From an uncultured Acidobacteriota bacterium (GTDB lineage Bacteria; Acidobacteriota; Vicinamibacteria; Vicinamibacterales; CAVVIG01), in assembly GCA_963794705.1 (NCBI GenBank), contig CAWCFI010000013.1, forward strand, positions 14,523-78,522: a stretch of 64,000 bases of DNA. Reading direction: 5' to 3'. The translations under genes and the position numbers were made by a program. Positions 27,861 through 36,595 of the stretch are shown piece after piece; positions within the stretch are counted from its first letter, which is position 1, and the number at the start of each line of letters is the position of its first letter. The notes beneath the pieces are model-generated. The model was not told where the DNA came from. It did no database searches and saw only the letters and a list, made by a program, of their open reading frames with translations.

Positions 27861-30327
27861 TCACTCCGCCCGCAGCGCCGTGACCGGGTTGACGCCGGTC
27901 GCGCGCAGCGCCGGGTAAGTAGCTGGCCAGCATCGCGGCGGCGGCCAGGCTGAGCGCAGACCGCGCCGTAGGTCGAGCGGATCCATCGGGCTGACCTCGA
28001 ACAGCAGCGACGCCATCACCCGCGCCAGCGCCACCGCCGCCACCAGGCCGCAGACGATGCCGATCGCCGCGAGCCGCAGGCCGTAGCGGACGAACATCCG
28101 CGTGACCTCGGCGCGCTGCGCGCCAAGCGCCATCCGGATGCCGATCTCGCGCGTGCGCTGCGACACCGAGTACGAAATCACGCCGTAGATGCCGGCGACG
28201 CCGAGCAGCAGCGCCATCGCCCCGGCGATCGCCAGCATCACCAGCGTGAACGACGTCCGCGCCATCGAGGCGCCGACCACCTCCTGCAGCGTGCGCACGC
28301 CGGCGAGCGGCAGGTTCGGGTTGACCGCCCAGACCGCGCGGCTGACCTCGTTGACGAACCCGTTCGAGCCGGCGCGCGCGCTGCGGATCGTGTAGACCTG
28401 CGTCCGCCGCACCATGACCTCGTTGCCCGAGAACTTCGCCATCATCATCGGCCAGAACGCGATCGCCGGCGCCTTCTTGTCGATGCCGTCGTCGCGCTCG
28501 TCGCCGACGACGGCGACGACTTCGCGCCACGGCGCGCCCGGGTTGTCGCGGATCTGCTTGCCGAGCGCCGCCGACGGCTCCTTCCACAGCTCGCGCGCCA
28601 GGTTCTCGGACACCATCGCCACCGGACGCATGTCGTAGACGTCCGCCCAGGTGAAATCGCGCCCGGCGACGATGGTGTTCCCCATCGTCTTCAGCAGTCC
28701 CGGCGAGAGGAACTTGAACAGTGCGGATCGGCGGCAGCTCGCCCTGCTGATAGTTCCTGTCCGCGGCGAAGATCGGATCGTGGCGGCCGCGGCCGGTGAT
28801 CGGCACCACGGACGGTCAGGCCGACCGACGTGACGCCGGGAATCGCCGCGATCTTGTCGATGATCGCCTGATGCATCCGGACCACCGCCTCGGGCTCTTT
28901 CACCTGCGCCTCGGGAATGCTCAGGCTCAGCGTCAGCACGTCCTGCGGATTGGTGAAGCCCGGATTGACGTGCCGCAGCGCCTGGAACGTCCGGATCATC
29001 AGCCCCGATCCGACCAGCAGCACCAGCGCCAGCGCCACCTGCACGACGACCAGCGTGCTGCGCGCGCGGTGACGCTCGCGGCTCGCGCTGGCGTTGCGGC
29101 CGCCGCCGCGCAGCGCCGGGGCGACGTTCGGTCCCGGCGTACTTGAAGACCGGAATCGCGCCGAACAGCAGGCCGGCGACGATCGAGACGACCAGCGTGA
29201 ACAGCAGGACCAGCGGCATCGATCGCGATGTTGTCGAGCCGCGGCAGGTTGCCCGGCGCGAGCGCCAGCAGCGCGCGGACCGCCGCGTAGGCGAGCCCGA
29301 GGCCGGCGACGCCGCCGACCAGACCGAGGACGACGCTCTCGGCGAGCAGCTCGTACGCGATGCGGCCGCGGCTGGCGCCGAGCGCGGCGCGGATCGCCAG
29401 CTCCTGCTGCCGTCCTTCGGCGCGCACCAGCAGCAGGTTGGCGACGTTGGCGCAGGCGATCAGCAGCACCATGCCGATCGTCCCCATCAGCACCCACAGC
29501 ACCGATCCGACGTCGCCGATCGACGTCGTCTTTCAGCAGCCGCAGGTTCGGCTGCAGCTTCACGTCCTCGAACATCTTGGCGCTGAAGCCCGGGAACGCC
29601 GGGAAACGCGTCAGGCTGATCGGGAATCAGCCGCGTGACGATCGGCGGTCGCCTGATCGAGCGTGGCGCCCGGCTTCAGCCGCGCGACGCCGGTGAAGCT
29701 GAAGTTGCCGAGATGGGTCTCGGCGCGATTGAACTGGAGCGGCAGGATCAGCGACGGCTTCTGATCGAGGAACCGGAACGAGTCGGGCAGCACGCCGATG
29801 ATCTCGCGCGCCTTGCCGTCGAGCATGATGCGGCGCCCGATCGACCGACGGATCGCCGCCGAAACGGGAGCGCCAGTAGCCGGCCATCAGGATCACCGTG
29901 TCGGCCGCGCCCGGCGAGTCGTCCTGCTTGGTGAAGAGGCGGCCGAGCGCCGGCGTCGCGCCGAACATCGGCAGCATGCCGTCGGTGACGTCGACGGCGC
30001 GGACCTCCTCGGGCTCCGCGATGCCCGGTGACGCTGACGGTGTCGCCGGTCCACATCGCGACGTCCTGAAACACCCGGCCGTCCTCGCGGTAGGTGTAGT
30101 AGAGAAACGGCGCCGCGCCGGTGTGCGGCAGGTTCAGGCCCGGCGCCGAGTGATCGAGCACGACCAGCTGGTCGGGCTGCGGATACGGCAGCGGCTTCAG
30201 CAGCACGCCCTCGATCGACGCTGAAGATGGCGGCGTTGGCGCCGATCCCGATCGCGAGGGTGAGCACCGCGACGGTGGTGAACAGCGGGAGCTGGAGCAG
30301 CCGGCGCAGGATGTGGGTCAGACGCAT
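27861..30327 (-). pseudogene. ADOP-type duplicated FtsX/MacB-like permease, at least 12 frameshifts
   Basis: conserved pieces in order across three frames: FTTVAVLTLAIGIGANAAIF, LKPLPYPQPDQLVVL, MFEDVKLQPNLRLL, LIACANVANLLLVRAEGRQQELAIRAALGA, SVSQRTREIGIRMALGA, ALRATGVNPVTALRAE-stop. Confidence 0.85.
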
Positions 30328-30367
30328 ACCGGGTAAATACGGAATGCGGCGGCCAAAGTTCTACGAA

Positions 30368-30395
30368 TTGACAACGATAATTAGTTGCATATACT
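30368..30395 (+). promoter_or_regulatory. near-consensus sigma70-type promoter (TTGACA-N16-TATACT)
   Basis: ttgaca 30368-30373, tatact 30390-30395 in an AT-rich island; AAGGAG at 30406-30411, 6 nt before the ATG at 30418. Confidence 0.5.
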
Positions 30396-30417
30396 ACTTT
30401 CAACCAAGGAGTCAGCC

Positions 30418-30792
30418 ATGATGCGATCACTCACGCTGTGCGCCGTTGTCCTCTGTGCGGCCGTTCCACTGCGGGCGCAAGCGCCGGCCGCCACGGCGCC
30501 CACCCAGGTCCTCACCGCGCTCACGGTCAAGGCCGACATCGACCGCAGCCAGCTCACGAAGGTGATGCCCGACGAAGTCCGCGCCACCCTCAAGCTCTAT
30601 CTCGACGGCAAGATCCAGCAGTGGTACTCGCGCAGCGACGGCCGCGGCGTCATCTTCATCCTGAACTGCACCACCGCCGCCGAAGCCAAGGCGATCACCG
30701 ACAACCTGCCCCTGTCGAAAGCCAATCTCGCGACGTTCGAGTACACCCCGCTCTCGCCGCTCGCCCCGCTGCGGATGCTGCTGCAGCCGTGA
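30418..30792 (+). CDS. hypothetical small exported protein
   Basis: strong SD; signal peptide MMRSLTLCAVVLCAAVPLRAQA; no family recognised. Confidence 0.6.
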   Translation: MMRSLTLCAVVLCAAVPLRAQAPAATAPTQVLTALTVKADIDRSQLTKVMPDEVRATLKLYLDGKIQQWYSRSDGRGVIFILNCTTAAEAKAITDNLPLSKANLATFEYTPLSPLAPLRMLLQP

Positions 30793-31304
30793 AGGGCGAC
30801 GCCGCAAAAGCTCACGCCGCGCCGCTCGCCGAGATCGCGTGCGCCTGCGCGACCGCGCGGCAGGTCGCCCGGCTGCTGACTCAGCTGTATGACGGCTGGC
30901 TGTCGGAGACCGGCCTGGAGGCGCCGCAGTTCGCGCTTTTGATGACGCTCGACGCACACGGCTCCGTCAGCCAGGCCGTGCTGGGCCGCCGCTACGCCCT
31001 CGACAAGACGACGATGTCGCGCAACCTGAAGCTGTTCGAGCGTAAAGGCTGGATCACCGAATCGGGGGCGGACGACAAGCGCGAGCGGCGCTTCGCCATC
31101 ACGCCGGCCGGCCACGCGCGGCTGGCCGCGGCGCGGCCCGAATGGAAGAAGGCGCAGGAGCACCTGCGCGCCGGCATGACCGCGAAACAGTGGCACGCCA
31201 TGTTCGAGTCCTTCAGGACCGCGGCCAGGGCGGCCCAATCCGCCCAGCGGTTCAAAAAAGCGAACCCCGAGAGAAAAAACCATGGCACCAGAACTTCCAG
31301 CTAG
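30789..31304 (+). CDS. MarR family transcriptional regulator
   Basis: GTG 30789 overlaps the upstream TGA; LEAPQFALLMTL..LDKTTMSRNLKLFERKGWI winged-helix segment. Confidence 0.8.
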   Translation: MKGDAAKAHAAPLAEIACACATARQVARLLTQLYDGWLSETGLEAPQFALLMTLDAHGSVSQAVLGRRYALDKTTMSRNLKLFERKGWITESGADDKRERRFAITPAGHARLAAARPEWKKAQEHLRAGMTAKQWHAMFESFRTAARAAQSAQRFKKANPERKNHGTRTSS

Positions 31305-32618
31305 ATGCTGAATGGCCACTTGTGGTCAACTGGATTGTTGCGCAAATCCTTATGCTTTATGGTCGTGCTCCTGGCCGCCGTTGCCGGGCCGGCGCACGCG
31401 CAGGATCAAGCCGACGCCCAGCCACGCGAAACACCCGCGCAGGCGTCCGGACTGTTCCAGCCGACCCTCGACGCCGGCGATCTCTGGCACGTACTCCGTC
31501 ATGGCCGCGCCGATCCGCTCGCCGGTGATCCGGGCGCCAGCCTGCCCACGCCGGGCCGCAACCACTTCTTCGTCGTCGCGCCAACCATCGCTTCCAAGCC
31601 GTCCACCGGGCTGAGCGCCGGGCTCAACACCAACCTCGCCTTCTTCACCGGCGACGAGAAGACGACGCACATCTCGTCGCTGTCCGGCGGCCTGCGGGTT
31701 TCGCAGAAGAAGCAGGTGCTGTCGGGCGTCCGCTTCAACATGTTCACCGCCGACGATCGCTGGTTCCTCCAGGGCGACAACCGGCTGTCGTGGACGTCGC
31801 AGAACACCTATGGTCTCGGCGCCGACACGCTGCCGCTCGGCATCGGCACCGAGAACCTCAAGTACAACGCGCTGAAGCTGTACGAAACGGCGTACCACCA
31901 CGTTGCCAGCCACCTGTTTGCCGGGGCCGGGATCAACGTCAGCACGCACGCGAACATCCGTCCGGGCGACGGCATCCTCTCGACCTTCGATCAGTCGGCG
32001 TACGCCGCCTACAACGATCGCCACGGCTTCGACGATCAGCAGCAGACCTCGGGCGGTGCCAGCGCCGGCCTGCTCTACGATTCGCGCGACAACGGCATCA
32101 ACGCGCAGCGCGGCTGGCTGGCGAGCGCTGCGCTGCGGACGTTCTTCGACGGCTTCCTCGGCGGCGACTCGACCTGGCAGCAGCTGACGCTCGACGTACG
32201 CACCTACCGCAAGCTCACGCCGGACGGCCGCCAGAAGCTCGCCTTCTGGTTCATGAGCGACAACGTCCTCAGCGGCACCGCGCCGTATCTCGATCTGCCG
32301 GCGACCGGCAGCGACGGGCGCTCGGCGCGCGGCTACAGCGACGGCCGCTATCGCGGCGAGCACCTGGTGTACGGCGAGATGGAATATCGCGGCACGTTGA
32401 CGAGCAACGGCCTGCTCGGCTTCGTCGCATTCACCAACATCACCAGCGTCGACAACGCCGACGCCGGGACGAAGCTGTTCGAGGATTTCGCGCCCGCGGC
32501 CGGCTTCGGCCTGCGCGTGCTGCTGAACAAGCACTCGCGGACGAATCTCACCGCGGACTATGGGTGGGGAAAAGACGGATCCCGCGGCCTCTACCTCGGG
32601 ATCCAGGAAGCGTTCTGA
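31305..32618 (+). CDS. Omp85/surface-antigen-type outer membrane beta-barrel protein
   Basis: 437-aa ORF; signal peptide; alternating beta-strand pattern; C-terminal GWGKDGSRGLYLGIQEAF ending in F. Confidence 0.7.
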   Translation: MLNGHLWSTGLLRKSLCFMVVLLAAVAGPAHAQDQADAQPRETPAQASGLFQPTLDAGDLWHVLRHGRADPLAGDPGASLPTPGRNHFFVVAPTIASKPSTGLSAGLNTNLAFFTGDEKTTHISSLSGGLRVSQKKQVLSGVRFNMFTADDRWFLQGDNRLSWTSQNTYGLGADTLPLGIGTENLKYNALKLYETAYHHVASHLFAGAGINVSTHANIRPGDGILSTFDQSAYAAYNDRHGFDDQQQTSGGASAGLLYDSRDNGINAQRGWLASAALRTFFDGFLGGDSTWQQLTLDVRTYRKLTPDGRQKLAFWFMSDNVLSGTAPYLDLPATGSDGRSARGYSDGRYRGEHLVYGEMEYRGTLTSNGLLGFVAFTNITSVDNADAGTKLFEDFAPAAGFGLRVLLNKHSRTNLTADYGWGKDGSRGLYLGIQEAF

Positions 32619-32621
32619 CTT

Positions 32622-33191
32622 CTAACTTCCCTCGTGATGTTCCCTGGTCTGGTTGCTGATCTGCAGGTCCCAGCCGTCCGGATCCTTCACGTGGAAGCTC
32701 TTGAAGCCCTGGCCGACCATGTCGGGCCGCGGGTTCAGGCCGCGCTTCTCCAGCTCGGCCTTCACCTTGTCGGTGTCCCACTTGTCGATTCCGTATGACA
32801 CGTGATTGATCACGCCGGTGACGGGCGCGGCGTTCTGTCCGCCCGCCGGCGCGCCCTCGCGCTTGTTGCGGATGATGATCTCGCCGATCTCGCCGATCTT
32901 CATCGTGCATTGCTGCTTGCCGTCGTCGTTCTTGATCTCCCAGCCCATGAGATCGCGATAGAACGCGGTGCTCTTGCGATAGTCGGTGACGGCGTAGGAG
33001 ATGTGATCGAGCCAGATCGTCTTGAACGCGGCCGGTCCGGTCGCGGCCGGAATGGTCGACGCCCCCTGTGCGCTGACGACCGTAGCCGGCGCCGCCGCGG
33101 CCGCCGCGAGCGCCAGGCTCTGAATCAGCTGCCGCCGCGTCATCTTGCCCTTTTCGAAGTCGGTGAGCAGTCCGTTGATGATCGTTTCCAT
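32622..33191 (-). CDS. VOC (glyoxalase/bleomycin-resistance) family protein with Tat signal
   Basis: MTRRQLIQSLALAAAAAAP; LDHISYAVTDYRKSTAFY and INHVSYGIDKW VOC modules. Confidence 0.8.
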   Translation of the reverse strand: METIINGLLTDFEKGKMTRRQLIQSLALAAAAAAPATVVSAQGASTIPAATGPAAFKTIWLDHISYAVTDYRKSTAFYRDLMGWEIKNDDGKQQCTMKIGEIGEIIIRNKREGAPAGGQNAAPVTGVINHVSYGIDKWDTDKVKAELEKRGLNPRPDMVGQGFKSFHVKDPDGWDLQISNQTREHHEGS

Positions 33192-33195
33192 AGGT

Positions 33196-33233
33196 CCAAT
33201 CCCTAATCCCTAATCCCTAATCCCCAATCCCTA
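33196..33233. repeat. heptanucleotide tandem array (CCAATCC, CTAATCC x3, CCAATCC)
   Basis: fills the spacer between the VOC start codon (33189-33191) and the ankyrin stop codon (33231-33233). Confidence 0.9.
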
Positions 33234-35086
33234 GCACGACACGCACTTGTGGCTGTTCTTCGAGCCGAGCTTCTCGAGCAGCGCGACGGTCGCCGGATAC
33301 GGCGAGATTCGCTGCACCGGGCCGTTGGCCATGTCGGCCGTAGTCTGGCCGCTGCGAGCGACCGCGGTGACGTCGGCGCCCTTGGACACGAGGTAGTTGA
33401 TCATCTCGTTGTCGCCGCGCGCCGCGGCGTGGTGCAGCGGCGTGTAGCCGTCGTTGTCGCGCGCGTTGACGTCGGCGTGCAGCTCCTCGACCAGATATTT
33501 CATCACCGCCATCCACGCGTCGGGCGCGTGGCGATGGGCGTTGCCGGCGAAGCCTTCGCCGTACTCGACGCCGGCGGCGGCGTGAATCGCGAGCGCGCCG
33601 GGCCCGCCGGCGGGCACCGGCAGCGCGTTGAATTTCGCCTGATTCGCCTCGGCGGTCGGCGCGATCGGGCCGCCGGCGCCGGCCGGCGGGCCGCCGCCGC
33701 CGCGGCGCACCGGCACGTTCGGCGCGACGGTCGGGATGTTGGGATCGGCGCCATGGGCGACGAGCAGCTTCATCGCCTCGAGATCGGTGGCATAGGCGGC
33801 GCGCCAGAACGCGGTGGACCCCGCGGTATCGGCGAGGCCGCAGTTGCGGTTGCCGCAGCCGCTGTAGACCAGGTACCAGGGATGGGTCTTGAGGCGCGCG
33901 TCGGGATCGGCGCCTTTGTCGAGCAGCGCCTTCATGACGTCGAGATACGTCGCCTTCTGCTGCTCCATCTCCTGCGGCTGCGGGATAGCGGGTGCGCGGC
34001 TGCCACTGCGTGTTGATGGCGGCCCACAGCGGCGTCGCGCCGTTGCCGGCGGCGGCGAGGTTCACGTTGGCGCCGCGCTCGATGAGGAACATCGCGAGAT
34101 CGAACTCGCCGTTGATCACCGCCATCAGCAGCGGGCTGGTGGCGTCGCCCGAGCCGGCCTGATCGATCGGCGCGCCGCCGTCGAGCAGGCGCGCGCGGCC
34201 TCGAGGTGGCCCTGGCGCGCGGCGTGCAGCAGCGCGGTCATGCCGCCCTTGTTCGAGACCGGCGGGTTGATCTCTTCCGGGTTGAAGCTGTTGGCGGCAT
34301 TGGCGTCGTCGGCGCCGCCGCGACCGCCGCGGCCGGCGGCCGGTTTCTCCTCCGGCGGCGGAATCTTGCCGGACGCATACAGCTCGCGCGATGCTTCGAT
34401 CGCCGCCTGGACCTGCCGCGGGCGTCGGCTGCTGGCCCTTCGCCACCGAGGCCTCGAGCACCTTCTTCTGCAGGTTGCCGGCGGCGCGATCGAGCTGCGA
34501 CTGGTGCGCGATGTCGATCGACCTGGTCTTGATGGTCGCGTCGGCGCCGCGCTCGAGCAGCACGCGGATCGCGTCGACGCGATTGTCCGCCGCGGCGAAC
34601 ATCAGCGGCGTCTGTCCCCACTCCGACTCGCCGGCGTCGGCGTCGGCGCCATGATCGAGCAGCAGCTCGACGACCGCGGCGCTGCCCGAGGCGGCGGCCA
34701 GGTGCAGCGGCGTGACGCCGCTGGTGGTGGTGCGGGCCGAGACGTTGGCGCCCGGCTTTCAACAGCGCCTGCACCACGGCCGGGTTGCCGGCGCGGCTGG
34801 CGACGTGAAGCGGCGTGTACTGGCCGATGCGGGTGACCGCCGCGACGTTGGCGCCGGCGTAGACCAGCATCTCGGTCATCGCGGCGTCGCCGCGCTCGGC
34901 CGCGAAGTGGAGCGCGGTCATGCCGTCGCCCCTGGCGGCGCTGACGTCGGCGCCCTGCTTGAGCAGCGCGCGCACCGCGTCGCGATCGCCTTTCATCGCC
35001 GCGTCGGCCACCGACGAGGGCGACGGCGCGGCGCTCAGCCACGCGGTCATCGCGAGCGCTGCAGCGACGGTTGACACTCGTTTCAT
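33231..35086 (-). pseudogene. exported ankyrin-repeat protein, at least 4 frameshifts
   Basis: signal peptide; ANK units GMTALHFAAERGD, YTPLHVASRAGN, GVTPLHLAAASGS, GYTPLHHAAARGD spread over three frames (ORFs 34238-35086, 33217-34602, 33231-33968). Confidence 0.8.
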
Positions 35087-35112
35087 AGCAGGCCTCTCAA
35101 ACGTACGAAGAT

Positions 35113-35188
35113 GGAACCGCAGAGCTCGCTGAGACCGCGGAGGAAAATAAACCGTTTGCTCTGCGTTCTCTGCGATCTCCGCGGTTCC
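35113..35188. repeat. hairpin element built from 9-10 nt sub-repeats (ACCGCGGAG / CTCTGCGNT)
   Basis: ggaaccgcagagctcgctgagaccgcggag ... ctctgcgttctctgcgatctccgcggttcc; lies between the DUF1552 stop and the ankyrin start. Confidence 0.7.
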
Positions 35189-35199
35189 TTCTGGATCGT

Positions 35200-36582
35200 C
35201 TACAGAGCGAACACCCCGGTGCTGTCGCCGAACGTCTTGACGTCGTTCATGCCCAGCTTGTGCATCGCGGACAGCATGACGTTGGCCATCGGCGTGCCTT
35301 CTTCCGCCTTCAGGTGCACGCCGCCCTTGAGCGTGCCGTTGGCGTGGCCGAACAGCGCCAGCGGGCAGCGGCGGTGATTGTGGATGTTGGGGTCGGCCAT
35401 CGGCGAGCCCCAGATCACCATCGACTTGTCGAGCAGGCTGCCGTCGCCGTCGGTCGTATTCTTCAGCTTGTCGAGCAGGTAGGCGACCTGGCCGACGCGG
35501 TACTTGCAGATCTTGTTGAACTCCATGATCCGGTCCTCGCGGTTGCCGTGGTGCGAGGCCGGGTGGAACGGCTGGTTCGATCCGCTCTCGGGGAAGACGC
35601 GGTTCTGCGCGTCGCGGCCGATCTTGAACGAGATGATCCGGGTCATGTCGGTCTGCAGCGCCAGCACCTGGAGATCGAACAGCAGCTTCATGTGCTCGGA
35701 GAACGAGTCGGGCACCCCGGCCGGCGCGTCGGGCAGCGCCCGCGCTTCGCCGCTGCGGTTGTGCGCCTCGACCGCCTGGATGCGGCGCTCGATCTCCCGC
35801 ACGTTGTCCATGTACTTGTCGAGCCGCTGGCGATCGCCGTTGCCGAGCGAGCGGCGGACGCGCTCGACCTCGCCGCCGATCCAGTCGAGGATGCTGCTGC
35901 GGGTCTCGCGCCGCGAGGCGCGCTCCTCGGGGGTGTTGCCCGAGCCGAACAGCATGTCGAAGGCGATGCGCGGGTCGCGGATCATCGGCAGCGGTTCGCT
36001 CGGCGACGCCCAGCTGATCGAGTCGGTGTAGGCGCAGGAGTAGTTGTAGGTGCAGCCGCCCGCCTGATCGAGGTTCTCGATGCAGAACTGCATCGACGGC
36101 AGCGGCGTGGTCTGCCCGGCGCGCTTGGCGTAGAGCTGATCGAGCGAGGTGCCGGCGAAGAGATCGGAGCCCTGGGTCTGCTTGGGGTGCGAATGGGTGA
36201 GGAACACCGCGCTCGAGCGGAAGTGATCGCCGCCGATTTCCGGCAGGGCGAACGCTTCGGCGTTGCGCGCGTCGGTGTTGCTGACGAGCGTCATCGAGTC
36301 GCGGAACGCCTCGAGCGTGCTGAACGGGTTGTCCGGCACCAGCGTGAAGTCGCGGCCGGTCGTTTCGGGCGCGAACAGGAACTTGGACGCGCCCCAGTTG
36401 TTGCAGCCGGCCAGGCCGTGCACCTCTTCGATGCAGATCAGCCGGGTCTGGTCGGTCGTGGCGGCCAGCGCGCTGCTGCGGCCGGCCGGCACCATCGCGT
36501 CGAGGAAGGGCAGCGCCACCGTCGCACCCACGCCGCGCAGGAAGGCGCGGCGGGGAAACTGCTTCTGAGTCAGATAATTCAC
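35200..36582 (-). CDS. DUF1552 domain protein (Tat signal)
   Basis: 460-aa intact ORF; RRAFLRGVGATVALPFL; recognised as the usual partner of DUF1592 proteins. Confidence 0.85.
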   Translation of the reverse strand: MNYLTQKQFPRRAFLRGVGATVALPFLDAMVPAGRSSALAATTDQTRLICIEEVHGLAGCNNWGASKFLFAPETTGRDFTLVPDNPFSTLEAFRDSMTLVSNTDARNAEAFALPEIGGDHFRSSAVFLTHSHPKQTQGSDLFAGTSLDQLYAKRAGQTTPLPSMQFCIENLDQAGGCTYNYSCAYTDSISWASPSEPLPMIRDPRIAFDMLFGSGNTPEERASRRETRSSILDWIGGEVERVRRSLGNGDRQRLDKYMDNVREIERRIQAVEAHNRSGEARALPDAPAGVPDSFSEHMKLLFDLQVLALQTDMTRIISFKIGRDAQNRVFPESGSNQPFHPASHHGNREDRIMEFNKICKYRVGQVAYLLDKLKNTTDGDGSLLDKSMVIWGSPMADPNIHNHRRCPLALFGHANGTLKGGVHLKAEEGTPMANVMLSAMHKLGMNDVKTFGDSTGVFAL

Positions 36583-36595
36583 GTTGGCTCCTTGA

